From NCBI GenBank assembly GCA_044348345.1, contig JBIKSZ010000001.1:1-51603 (forward strand): DNA of 51,603 bases. The letters are read 5' to 3'. The translations under genes were made by a program, and so were the position numbers. How positions within the stretch are numbered: the stretch's first letter is position 1; every line of letters begins with the position of its first letter. The notes beneath the pieces are model-generated. The model was not told the DNA's origin. It was given only the letters and a program-made list of their open reading frames with translations, and did not search any database. Shown here piece after piece: positions 1 to 8,804 of this stretch. This DNA comes from Roseomonas sp. (GTDB taxonomy: Bacteria > Pseudomonadota > Alphaproteobacteria > Acetobacterales > Acetobacteraceae).

Positions 1-478
1 TGCGGGTGCCGGCTTTGGCCTTGCCGCGCGTCGCGGCCGCAGCCTTGCCACGCGTGCTGGTGGTCGTCGCGGCCTTGGGACGCGTGCCGGTGGCCGTCGT
101 GGCCTTGCCACGCGGACTTGTCGTGGTTTTGCCACGCGTGCTGGTCGCTGCCTTTGCGCGCGGACTGGGCGCGGCCTTGCGGGTCGGCTTGCGCGCGGCC
201 TTCGTGCGGGTGCTGGCCGCGGCGGTGCGGTTGCGCGTGCTAGCGCGGCCGGCCTTGGCCGCGGCTGCCGTGCGGCCTGCCGCGCCACGCGGCTTGGCGG
301 CCGCGGTCTTGCGCTTCGCCGCGCCGGCCGTGCTGCGCGCGGACGGTCCACGCGCCGATCGGGCCGGTGCCTTGCGCGTGGCCGGGCGGCGCCGCGGCTT
401 CATCTCCTCCTGCGGTGCGGCCGAATGGCCGGCCTCATCCTCGCCGATGTCGGGCATCTGCTCCGTGTCGTCGCTCAT
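1..478 (-). CDS. Histone H1-like basic low-complexity protein, 3' end outside the window
   Basis: Hand-translated from ATG at 478 (AGGGAG 9 nt upstream): MSDDTEQMPDIGEDEAGHSAAPQEEMKPRRRPATRKAPARSARG...KAAPSPRAKAATSTRGKTTTSPRGKATTATGTRPKAATTTSTRGKAAAATRGKAKAGTR. The frame is open to the window edge and is not in the ORF track. Confidence 0.75.
   Translation of the reverse strand, partial: MSDDTEQMPDIGEDEAGHSAAPQEEMKPRRRPATRKAPARSARGPSARSTAGAAKRKTAAAKPRGAAGRTAAAAKAGRASTRNRTAAASTRTKAARKPTRKAAPSPRAKAATSTRGKTTTSPRGKATTATGTRPKAATTTSTRGKAAAATRGKAKAGTR
18..175. repeat. Imperfect ~24-30 bp coding tandem repeat (S/T-P/T-R-G-K-A/T units)
   Basis: Recurrent gccttgccacgcg / tttgccacgcgtg / cctttgcgcgcgg units inside the H1-like gene. 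Confidence 0.7.
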
Positions 479-621
479 CTGGTCATGCTCCCTGATGGGT
501 GGGCCATTCTCGCTCTCTGCAGCGGTGACGGGCCGATGGGTCGGTGCCCGTCGCCTTGCTGCCGCGATGCGCGGCGTCGCGCGCTGCCGCACGCGGTTCT
601 TCGCGCGCGGTCGCCAAAGCG

Positions 622-646
622 AACGTCACCTCGCGGCGATTGTTCC
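622..646 (-). promoter_or_regulatory. EcfG/sigmaT (general stress response)-type promoter
   Basis: Minus strand reads GGAAC-aatcgccgcgaggtga-CGTT, an exact match to GGAAC-N16-CGTT, pointing toward the H1-like gene. Confidence 0.65.
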
Positions 647-660
647 CGCTGCTGGCCTGG

Positions 661-1503
661 CTAGACCCAATGAATCATCAGTGAGCCTTCAAGCGATCCG
701 CCCGGCATCACCTGATGCATCGCGCCATGTGCGGCAGCGTCGGGGCGGTTCGGCGCATCCGGCGCGTGGCTCACCGGCTCCACCGCGAGCGCGCCGCCGC
801 CCTTGGGCGCGAAGACATGCAGGTTGGACGCCCATGCGCCGGTGGCTCGCAAGGTCAGGCCATGTCCGTCCGGCCAGTCGATGCGCGCCGTGCCGTCCCA
901 GCCGGCGAAATGCCCGTCGAGCCCGTCCATCGCGTCCGCCGCGTCGTGCAGCCCGGCGGATGGATGCGGTGCTACGGCTAGGTTGCGCGCATCGCGGCCG
1001 AAGGCGATGCGGGTGGCCGCGCTGAACCGCGTGCCGGTGGGCCGCGCGAAATAGGGATGCCAGCCAAGGCCCATCGGCGTCGGCACGGCGCCGCCATTGG
1101 TCAGGACGACGCGCAGCGCCAGGTGATCCGGCGCGAGACGGGCGATCAGCTTCGCCTCGCCCCGAAAAGGCGGACGATCGAAGCGGCAGGCGAGCACCAG
1201 CCGGTCGGGCGCAGCCTCGGCAATCTCCCACGCCATGTCGCGCAGGAAGCCGTGGATGGCCGTGTTCTCTTCCGGCCGGTTGATCGGCATCCGATGCGCC
1301 ACACCGGCCACCACGATCCGCCCGCCATCGAGCCGGTTGGTCCAGGGCACCATCAGGAAGGAGCCGTGGAAGCCGCGGTTCGGATCGGCCCCCTGCGGCA
1401 CCGGGCGCAGCAGATCGCGGCCCTGCCAGGCGAGGCGCGTGAAGGCCGCGCCGCGCTCCGGCAGGATCGTCGCCTCAGCCTCGCCGGCGTGGAGCGTGAT
1501 CAT
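661..1503 (-). CDS. Aldose 1-epimerase (galactose mutarotase-like) family protein
   Basis: Motifs PWTNRL, AIHGF, GWHPYF and EPVSH. Start moved to ATG 1503, which overlaps the udh stop (ATGA). Confidence 0.85.
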   Translation of the reverse strand: MITLHAGEAEATILPERGAAFTRLAWQGRDLLRPVPQGADPNRGFHGSFLMVPWTNRLDGGRIVVAGVAHRMPINRPEENTAIHGFLRDMAWEIAEAAPDRLVLACRFDRPPFRGEAKLIARLAPDHLALRVVLTNGGAVPTPMGLGWHPYFARPTGTRFSAATRIAFGRDARNLAVAPHPSAGLHDAADAMDGLDGHFAGWDGTARIDWPDGHGLTLRATGAWASNLHVFAPKGGGALAVEPVSHAPDAPNRPDAAAHGAMHQVMPGGSLEGSLMIHWV

Positions 1504-2339
1504 TCGAGGTCGAAGGCGTCCCGCGGCGAGAAGCCGCCCTTCCGCGAATACTCGATCGGGCAATAGAAGCCGCCCTGGTAGCGTTCCTCCACCGGGTCGT
1601 CGGTGACGACCTTCTCGATCTCGGCGCGATAGGTCTCGGCGCTGTCCTCGGGCTGCCAGCCGATGCGGTCGCGGTGGTCCTGCGCCCAGAAGCTGGCCGG
1701 GTTGGCGGAGGCGCCCCAGATCACGGCATGGCCGACGCGCTCGGCGAGGATGCAGCGGATCATCATGCGCGCGAGGTCCGGATAGGACAGCCAGGTCGAA
1801 AGGCCGCGCGCATTGCTCGGCTTCGGCAGGCAGGAGCCGATGCGGACATTGACGTTCTCGACGCCGTGCTTGTCCCAGTACATCCGCCCCATCAGCTCGC
1901 CATAGGCCTTGGACAGGCCGTAATAGCCATCCGCGCGGAACTGGCAGTCGTAGTCGAGCCGTGCCGCGTTGCCCTGCGGCCGTTCATGGAAGCCGATGGT
2001 GTGGTTGGAGGAGGCGAAGACGACGCGCGCGCCCTCGCGCCGCGCCGCTTCGTAGATGTGATAGAGCCCGCGCAGATTGGGGCCGATGATCTCCTCGAAG
2101 GGGCGCTCCACCGCCACGCCGCCGAAATGCAGGATGGTGGAGCAACCTTCCGCCTGGCGGACGATGGCCAGCGCCTCGTTCAGGTCGGCCTTCACGAAGC
2201 TCGCGCGCGGCGGCAGCGGGTCCGGGAAGGGCTGGATGTCGGTCAGGCGCAGCGTGAAGCCGGCGGCGCCAAGCTCGCGTGCAAGCATGCGGCCGAGCGC
2301 ACCGGAGGCGCCGGTGAGCAGGATGGGTTTCGGGTGCAT
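1500..2339 (-). CDS. udh: Uronate dehydrogenase (extended SDR)
   Basis: TGASGALG Rossmann motif, FASSNH, YGLSK, RIGSC and TWLS, matching recalled Udh motifs; lies downstream of a TRAP transporter. Confidence 0.8.
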   Translation of the reverse strand: MHPKPILLTGASGALGRMLARELGAAGFTLRLTDIQPFPDPLPPRASFVKADLNEALAIVRQAEGCSTILHFGGVAVERPFEEIIGPNLRGLYHIYEAARREGARVVFASSNHTIGFHERPQGNAARLDYDCQFRADGYYGLSKAYGELMGRMYWDKHGVENVNVRIGSCLPKPSNARGLSTWLSYPDLARMMIRCILAERVGHAVIWGASANPASFWAQDHRDRIGWQPEDSAETYRAEIEKVVTDDPVEERYQGGFYCPIEYSRKGGFSPRDAFDLE

Positions 2340-2361
2340 GGTGGCAGTCCTCTTGGACGGT

Positions 2362-3660
2362 CTAGCCTTGGTAGCCGAGCAGCAGCCGCGGCAGGGTGAG
2401 CGAGACCTCGGGGATGTAGGTCGTCAGGAGAAGCGCGACGAGGATGGCGCCCCAGAAGGGCCAGATCGTCCGCATGACCTCCTCGATCCTGATCTTGCCG
2501 ATGGCGCAGCCGACGAAGAGCACGGCGCCCACCGGTGGCGTGGTCAGGCCAAGCCCGAGGTTCATCATCATGATCATGCCGAACTGCACCGGGTCCACGC
2601 CGATCGCGGTGACCACGGGCAGGAAGATCGGCGTCGTGATGAGGATCAGCGCCGCCATGTCCATGACGCAGCCCAGCAGCAGCAGGCAGAGATTGATCAG
2701 CAGCAGGATGACGATGGGGTTGTCGCTGATCGCCATCATGCCGTCGGTGAGAAGATCCGGCACGCGATAGAGCGCCAGCAGATAGGCAAAGGCGGTCGCC
2801 GTCCCGACCAGCAGGAACACCACCGCTGAGGTCCGGACGCTGGCTGCGACCGCGACCTTGAAGCTCTCCCAGGATAGTGCGCGATAGACCAGGATCGTCA
2901 CCGCCAGCGCCCAGATGGCGCCGAAGGCCGCGCTTTCCGTCACCGTGAAGATGCCGGACAGCACGCCGCCCAGGATGATGATGGCGGTGAACAGCCCCGG
3001 AAACGCATCCACGAAGGTCCAGGCCAGGTGGCGGAAGCCCTGGAAGCGCTCGGCTGGATAGCCGCGCCGCACCGCCATCACATAGGCCGCGACGCCGAGA
3101 AAGAGGCACATCATGAGGCCCGGCACGATGCCCGCGATGAACAGCGCCGAGACCGAAATGCCGCCGCCCGCCGCCAGCGAGTAGAGGATCATGTTGTGGC
3201 TCGGCGGAATCAGGATGCCGGCGATCGAGGAGGTGACCGTGAGGCTGACGGCATAATCCACCCCATAGCCCTTTGCCTTCATGGCTGGGATCAGGATGGT
3301 GCCTGTTGCCGAGGTATCGGCGACCGCCGAGCCGGAGATGCCGCCGAACAGCATGGAGGTGGAGACATCCACCATGCCGAGCCCGCCCCGCATCCAGCCG
3401 ACGCAGGCCGAAGCGAGCGCGACCAGGCGCCGCGCGATGCCGCCATGCAGCATCAATTCGCCGGCGAAGATGAAGAACGGAATGGCGAGGAGGGAGAAGA
3501 TGCTCATCCCTGATGCCATCTGCTGGAAGGCGACGGCGGGGTTCAGCCCTTCCCACAGGAAGCCGGCCAGCGCCGCGATGCCAAGGGTGAAGGCCACCGG
3601 TACCCCGGCGACGATGCCGAGGATGAAGACCGCCGTGATCAGGAAGACGCCGAACTCCAT
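2362..3660 (-). CDS. dctM: TRAP transporter large permease
   Basis: LLAIPFFIFAGELM, GGISGSAVAD, LIPPS and TPPVG motifs; highly hydrophobic. Confidence 0.95.
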   Translation of the reverse strand: MEFGVFLITAVFILGIVAGVPVAFTLGIAALAGFLWEGLNPAVAFQQMASGMSIFSLLAIPFFIFAGELMLHGGIARRLVALASACVGWMRGGLGMVDVSTSMLFGGISGSAVADTSATGTILIPAMKAKGYGVDYAVSLTVTSSIAGILIPPSHNMILYSLAAGGGISVSALFIAGIVPGLMMCLFLGVAAYVMAVRRGYPAERFQGFRHLAWTFVDAFPGLFTAIIILGGVLSGIFTVTESAAFGAIWALAVTILVYRALSWESFKVAVAASVRTSAVVFLLVGTATAFAYLLALYRVPDLLTDGMMAISDNPIVILLLINLCLLLLGCVMDMAALILITTPIFLPVVTAIGVDPVQFGMIMMMNLGLGLTTPPVGAVLFVGCAIGKIRIEEVMRTIWPFWGAILVALLLTTYIPEVSLTLPRLLLGYQG

Positions 3661-3666
3661 GGCGCG

Positions 3667-4182
3667 CTACTCCAGGAAGGCGGCCTTGATGCCGCGCTGC
3701 TCGGGGCCCTCCTTGCGGAGAATGTCGAGCAGCACCTGCTCGATGGCGAAAAGCGTGATCAGCCCGCCGCAGACCATCAGCGGCACATAGGTCCAGCCTT
3801 GGCTGATACCGAGCAGTGGGATGCGGAAGTTCCACACCATGTCCACCAGCTGGTGGGAGTGGACCATCATCGCCAGGCCGAACAGGCCGACCAGCGTGTC
3901 GCAGCCCACCGCGATCCAGCGCTGGACCTGCAGCGGCAGCACTTCCCGGAAGCCGAGCACCGAGAGATGGAAACGCTCGCGCACGCCGACCGCGGCGACG
4001 GGGAGTGCGATGCAGAGGATGGAGAGCGTCGCCGCGCGTTCCACCCAGGTCGGCGTGTCGTTCAGCACATAGCGGCCGAAGACCAGCCAGCCCATCATGG
4101 CGACCAGCCCGACCAGCGCAGCGCCCGCCACGATGATCACAAGGCGGCAGAACAGGTCGAGCAGGCGAGAGAAGGCCGCCAT
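3667..4182 (-). CDS. dctQ: TRAP transporter small permease
   Basis: About 4 TM helices, RYVLNDTPTWVE motif, between dctP and dctM. Confidence 0.9.
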   Translation of the reverse strand: MAAFSRLLDLFCRLVIIVAGAALVGLVAMMGWLVFGRYVLNDTPTWVERAATLSILCIALPVAAVGVRERFHLSVLGFREVLPLQVQRWIAVGCDTLVGLFGLAMMVHSHQLVDMVWNFRIPLLGISQGWTYVPLMVCGGLITLFAIEQVLLDILRKEGPEQRGIKAAFLE

Positions 4183-4205
4183 GGCTGATGCATCCTGGAA
4201 GAAAG

Positions 4206-4228
4206 GGCGGGGCCGCGTGGGCCCCGCC
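4206..4228 (-). terminator. Intercistronic stem-loop between dctP and dctQ
   Basis: GGCGGGGCC-gcgtg-GGCCCCGCC, followed by ctttctt on the minus strand; typical position for a partial terminator or mRNA stabiliser. Confidence 0.55.
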
Positions 4229-4239
4229 TTGTTGTCAGG

Positions 4240-5226
4240 TCACGGCATCTCGCGGATGCGCTGCACCATCCCGGACAGACGCGGGTTGTTGCCCGTGTAC
4301 TTCTGGTAGACGGGCGCCATCAGATCGGACCAGGGGCGACGATCGGCGATGTCGATCACCGTCACGCCCGCCTGTTCCACGCGGCGGCGGGAGACCTGCT
4401 CACGCTCCGCCCAGAGCTGGCGCTGGAAGGTGGCGGATTCGCGCGCGGCGTCGCGCAGGATGTTGCGCTCCTGCTCGTTCAGTCGCTGCCAGCGCTGGCG
4501 CGAGACGGCCAGCACTTCCGGCACGTTGGAGTGCTGGGTGTCGGTGTAGAAGCGCGCGACCTCGAAGTGACGCGTGCTCTCATAGCTCGGCCAGTTGTTC
4601 TCGGCACCGTCGATCACGCCGGATTGCAGGCTGGTGAACACCTCGCCGAAGGGCAGCGGCGTCGGGTTCGCGCCCATCGCGCGCATCAGGTCGATCCAGA
4701 GGTCGGAGGTCTGCACGCGGATCTTCATCCCGCGCAGATCCGCCGGCGTGCGCACCGGGCGCACGGTGTAGATGCTGCGCGCGCCCGCATCGTACCAGGC
4801 CAGCGCGATGATCCCGATCTGCTCGAGGTCGCGGGCGATCTCCTCGCCGGCGATGCCGTCGATGGCCCGCTGCATGTGCGCGACGTCGCGGAACAGGAAG
4901 GGCAGGGTCACGACCTGGGTGGACGGCGCCAGGTTGTTGAAGGGCGAAAGGTTGAAGTTGGCGAAGTCGATGGTACCGAGGCGCATCTGCTGGATGGCCT
5001 CGTCCTGCTGGCCGAGCGTGGCCGAGTGGAAGGTGCGCATCCGGATGCGGTTGTTGGTCCGCTGGCCGACGAGCTCGCCGAAGCGGTCCATGCCGCGGCC
5101 ATTCGGATAATCAGCGGCGTGGATGTTCCAGCCACGCCATTCCTGCGCCTGGCCGGACCCGGCCGCCCAGGGCATCAGGGCGGCAGCCGCCAGTGCTGCG
5201 ACGCGCAGCACACGCGAAAATCGCAT
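4240..5226 (-). CDS. dctP: TRAP substrate-binding protein, probably for uronate/sugar acid
   Basis: Signal peptide, DLRGMKIRVQ, MGANPTPLPFGEVFTSLQSGVIDGAENN. Confidence 0.92.
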   Translation of the reverse strand: MRFSRVLRVAALAAAALMPWAAGSGQAQEWRGWNIHAADYPNGRGMDRFGELVGQRTNNRIRMRTFHSATLGQQDEAIQQMRLGTIDFANFNLSPFNNLAPSTQVVTLPFLFRDVAHMQRAIDGIAGEEIARDLEQIGIIALAWYDAGARSIYTVRPVRTPADLRGMKIRVQTSDLWIDLMRAMGANPTPLPFGEVFTSLQSGVIDGAENNWPSYESTRHFEVARFYTDTQHSNVPEVLAVSRQRWQRLNEQERNILRDAARESATFQRQLWAEREQVSRRRVEQAGVTVIDIADRRPWSDLMAPVYQKYTGNNPRLSGMVQRIREMP

Positions 5227-5272
5227 CGTCGTTCCTCCCTAACTGCCGCGCTTTGGCGGCTGGTTGCAGGGC

Positions 5273-5303
5273 ATCATACGAACGGCCGGATGCGGTCTGT
5301 CAA
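5273..5303 (-). promoter_or_regulatory. Candidate sigma70 promoter for the dctP operon
   Basis: Minus strand TTGACA-N19-TATGAT; the spacer is longer than optimal. Confidence 0.4.
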
Positions 5304-5370
5304 ATTCTGGCGCGGTCGGAACAGTGGCCGCTTCCCTGCGCTAAGGCGCCGCATCCTTCAGGTGGCAGGC

Positions 5371-5526
5371 ATGGAGCAGGACAATATCAGGCCGGGCAGT
5401 CAGGTGCCCGATGTGCCCCTCATTCCGGCGGCCGGCATCGGCTTCCTGTTATACCCGGCTGCCGTGCAGCTGGTCCTGGCGAACCCGCCGGCCAACGACC
5501 CGGGCACAGCCCCCCGGCGGAGCTGA
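5371..5526 (+). CDS. Putative small protein (51 aa)
   Basis: MEQDNIRPGSQVPDVPLIPAAGIGFLLYPAAVQLVLANPPANDPGTAPRRS fills the intergenic gap and has a central hydrophobic stretch; the RBS is weak. Confidence 0.35.
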   Translation: MEQDNIRPGSQVPDVPLIPAAGIGFLLYPAAVQLVLANPPANDPGTAPRRS

Positions 5527-5595
5527 GCCCGCCGGCCCGGAGCTTGCCGCCCCCGTTCGGGCGTCGCAGAGTCTGGCGCCGAGTTGGGGGTGCCG

Positions 5596-6945
5596 ATGTC
5601 CATCCATACGATTGCCGAAGCCGCGTCCGCGCTGGCGCAGGGCACCGCGAGCGCCGAAGGGCTGGTCGAGGCTGCGCTGGCGCGCGCCACCGATCCGTCC
5701 GGGGAGGGGCGCTCGGCCTTCATCAGCATCCAGGCCGACAGCGCCCGCGCGGCGGCGCGTGCCATGGACCTGCTGCGCGCCGCAGGCCGGGCGCCGAGCC
5801 CCTGGGCGGGCATCCCCATCAGCATCAAGGATCTCTACGACCAGGCCGGCGTCGTCACGCGCGGCGGGTCGGTGGCGCTGGCCGATGCTGAACCCGCCAG
5901 CGCCACCGCGACCTCGGTCGCGCGGCTGGAACAGGCGGGCTTCGTCGTGCTGGGCCGGACCAACATGACGGAATTCGCCTTCTCCGGCCTTGGCGTGAAC
6001 CCGCATTACGGCACGCCGCGCTCGCCCTGGGATCGGGCGACGGGGCGGCTGCCGGGTGGGTCCTCCTCCGGCGCGGCGGTGGCGACGGCGGATGGGATGG
6101 GCTTTGCCGGGCTTGGGTCCGACACGGGCGGGTCGTGCCGCATCCCGGCGGCGCTCTGCGGGATCGTCGGGTGGAAGCCGACGGCGCGGCGCGTGCCGCT
6201 CACCGGCACCCTGCCGCTGTCGGGGACGCTCGACAGCCTGGGGCCGCTCGCGCGGTCTGTCGCGTGCTGCGCCGTGCTGGATTCCATCATGGCCGGCGAG
6301 GCGCCCTGGGCGCCGGGCCCCGCGCGCCCGGTGCGCGGGCTGCGGCTGGCCATCCTCGAAGGCTATGTCGCGGAGGGCTGGGACGCGCAGGTGACGGCGG
6401 CGTTCGAGGCCGCCTTGGCGCGCTTGTCCGCGGCCGGCGCGCTGGTGGAGCGGCTGCGCGTGCCGGAGCTCGACGACATCCCGGCGGTGAACGGCACGGG
6501 CGGCTTCGCCGCCAGCGAGGCCTGGACCTGGCATCGCGGCCTTATCGCCAAGAAGCGCGACGCCTATGACCCGCGCATCCTCGCGCGCATCCTGCGGGGC
6601 GAGCGGATGTCGGCGGCCGACTACATCGCGCTGACGGAGGCGCGGGCCAAGCTCATCGCCGCCATCGCGCCGCGCACAGCGCCCTATGACGCGGTCGTGA
6701 TGCCCACCGGCCCGCTGGTGCCGCCGCCGATCGCGGCCGTGGAGCAGGAGGCCGACTACAATCGCATCAACCTGCAGCTGCTGCGGAACACCTCGCTCGC
6801 CAATTTCCTCGACCGCTGCTCGATCAGCCTGCCCTGCCACCGCGCGGGTGATGCGCCGGTCGGCTTCATGCTGATGGGCGAGGCGATGGGCGACCAGCGC
6901 CTGTTCGAAGTCGCCGCGGCGGTCGAGGCGGCGCTGGCGGCGTAG
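5596..6945 (+). CDS. Amidase signature family protein
   Basis: ISIKD, PGGSSSGAAV and GSDTGGSCRIPA (Ser-cisSer-Lys triad); start set at ATG 5596. Confidence 0.92.
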   Translation: MSIHTIAEAASALAQGTASAEGLVEAALARATDPSGEGRSAFISIQADSARAAARAMDLLRAAGRAPSPWAGIPISIKDLYDQAGVVTRGGSVALADAEPASATATSVARLEQAGFVVLGRTNMTEFAFSGLGVNPHYGTPRSPWDRATGRLPGGSSSGAAVATADGMGFAGLGSDTGGSCRIPAALCGIVGWKPTARRVPLTGTLPLSGTLDSLGPLARSVACCAVLDSIMAGEAPWAPGPARPVRGLRLAILEGYVAEGWDAQVTAAFEAALARLSAAGALVERLRVPELDDIPAVNGTGGFAASEAWTWHRGLIAKKRDAYDPRILARILRGERMSAADYIALTEARAKLIAAIAPRTAPYDAVVMPTGPLVPPPIAAVEQEADYNRINLQLLRNTSLANFLDRCSISLPCHRAGDAPVGFMLMGEAMGDQRLFEVAAAVEAALAA

Positions 6946-6952
6946 CCTCGCG

Positions 6953-7855
6953 CTACGCCTTCGGCGGATCGCCCGGCAAAGGCAGGCCGTTCAGCGCCTG
7001 CCAGACCCGGATCACGAAGCCGTCATCGGCGCGGCCATGCCCCATGGCGGAGGCGGCGGTGAACAGCTGCTGCGCCTGGCTGGCCAGCGGCACCGGGTGA
7101 TCGAGGCCGCGGGCAAGCTCCGCCACCAGGCCGAGATCCTTCACGAAGATGTCGACGGCCGAGCGCGGCGCGTCGTCGCCTTCCAGCACGCGGGCCATGC
7201 GGTTCTCGAACATCCAGGAATTGCCGGCGGCGCTCGTCACCACCTCATAGAGCTGGCGCGGATCGGCGCCGGCGCGGATGCCAAGCGACATGGCCTCGGC
7301 GGCCACCGCGATATGCACGCCGGCCAGCAACTGGTGGACGACCTTCACCGTCGCGCCGATCCCGGGCGCGTCGCCCAGCCGCCAGACCTTGGTCGCGACC
7401 GCGTCGAGCACCGGCTGCGCGCGGTCGAAGGCCTCCGGCGCGCCGGAGGCCATCACGGTCATCTCGCCGGCTGCCGCGCGGGCCGCACCGCCCGAGACGG
7501 GCGCATCGAGATAAAGCAGGCCGCGTGCCTCGGCTTCCGTGGCCAGGCGCCGTGCATCGGCCGGGGACATGGTCGCCGACGAGATCACCACGCCGCCGCG
7601 GGCCATGCGGGGCGCGACACCTTCGGGGCCGAACAGCGCCGCCTCGGTCTGGGCGGCGTTGACCACCAGCAGCAGCACGGCGTCGAGCCCGTCCGGCAAG
7701 GCCTGGGGCGAGGCGCTGGCGGTGCCGCCGGCGGCGATGAATTCGGCGCGTGCCGCCTCACGCAGGTCGCATCCCGCTGTCGCGAGCCCGGCGCGCAGGC
7801 AGGATTTCGCCGCGCCCATGCCCATCGCGCCCAGTCCGATCACGCCGACCCGCAT
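6953..7855 (-). CDS. ltnD: L-threonate dehydrogenase-like beta-hydroxyacid dehydrogenase
   Basis: VIGLGAMGMGAA, LDAPVSGG, VKVVHQLLAGVHIA and PRSAVDIFVKDLG, as in YgbJ/LtnD; start at ATG 7855. Confidence 0.78.
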   Translation of the reverse strand: MRVGVIGLGAMGMGAAKSCLRAGLATAGCDLREAARAEFIAAGGTASASPQALPDGLDAVLLLVVNAAQTEAALFGPEGVAPRMARGGVVISSATMSPADARRLATEAEARGLLYLDAPVSGGAARAAAGEMTVMASGAPEAFDRAQPVLDAVATKVWRLGDAPGIGATVKVVHQLLAGVHIAVAAEAMSLGIRAGADPRQLYEVVTSAAGNSWMFENRMARVLEGDDAPRSAVDIFVKDLGLVAELARGLDHPVPLASQAQQLFTAASAMGHGRADDGFVIRVWQALNGLPLPGDPPKA

Positions 7856-7934
7856 CGCAACCCCCTTCATCACGCCGGCAGCCCTGCCGTCTTCCGCCGC
7901 AGGCCACAAGAGGCCCGCGGCGGCGCCTTAGGTG

Positions 7935-8711
7935 CTAGCGGCCCGTCCAGACCGGTGGGCGCTTGCCGAGGAAGGCGCGGACGCCTTCCTGGAAATCCTC
8001 GCTGCCGAAGCACATCGTCACGAGGTCGTCGCCATGGATGTCTCCCGCCGCCAGGCGCAGGCGCTTCAGCGCCATCTTGGTCGCTGTCAGCGTGCGCGGG
8101 GCGAGGCCGGCGATGGCGTTCGCAAGCTCCTCCGCGCGCTTCTCCAGCGCCTCCGGCGTGTCCAGGATCTCCGACACCAGGCCGATGCGCAGCGCTTCCT
8201 CGGCCTCGACCAGGCGCGCGGTGAAGACGATGTCCTTCAGCCGCGCCGGGCCGATTAGCGCGGAGAAGCGCGCATAATTCGCCATGGACAGGCAATTGCC
8301 GAGCGTGCGCGCGATCGGCAGGCCGAAGCGCGCATTGGCCGAAGCGATCCGGAGGTCGGAGACGCCCGCAATGCCAAGCCCACCGCCGGTGCAGGCGCCC
8401 GCGACAGCCGCGATGACGGGCTTCGGGCAATCCTCGATGGCGGACAGCACGCGGTCGATTCGCGTCTCGTAGTCGAGCGCGTCCTGGCCGGTGCGGAATT
8501 CCGTGAACTGGCTGATGTCGGTGCCGGCCGCGAAGGCCTTGCCACCGGCGCCCGTGATGACCCAGGCGCGGATCCCATCGTCGGCGGCAACGGCGGCGGC
8601 TTGCGCGGCCAGGCCCTCATACATGGCGAAGGTCATCGCGTTGCGGGCCTGTGGGCGGTTCAGCGTGGTCCAGGCCACGGCGCCGCGCGTCTCGTGCAGA
8701 ATCTCGCTCAC
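7935..8711 (-). CDS. Enoyl-CoA hydratase/isomerase (crotonase) family protein
   Basis: LNRPQARNA, AFAAGTDI, GGGLGIA, DFQEGVRAFLGKRPP. Confidence 0.9.
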   Translation of the reverse strand: MSEILHETRGAVAWTTLNRPQARNAMTFAMYEGLAAQAAAVAADDGIRAWVITGAGGKAFAAGTDISQFTEFRTGQDALDYETRIDRVLSAIEDCPKPVIAAVAGACTGGGLGIAGVSDLRIASANARFGLPIARTLGNCLSMANYARFSALIGPARLKDIVFTARLVEAEEALRIGLVSEILDTPEALEKRAEELANAIAGLAPRTLTATKMALKRLRLAAGDIHGDDLVTMCFGSEDFQEGVRAFLGKRPPVWTGR

Positions 8712-8804
8712 GATGGTTCCTCCCTCTCGTCTCCCACCTCTTGTGCCGCCGGCTGGGTCGGGGCGACAAGGGGGGCCTCAGGTCAGAAGGCAGGACGCAG
8801 CCGA

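Noticed and set aside
18-175. Short repeats as a CRISPR array or REP elements
   Set aside because: Degenerate, in-frame coding repeats with no unique spacers and no cas genes.
6-1025. 339-aa plus-strand ORF rich in A/L/V/R
   Set aside because: Antisense shadow of the H1-like repeats and the epimerase; no recognisable motif.
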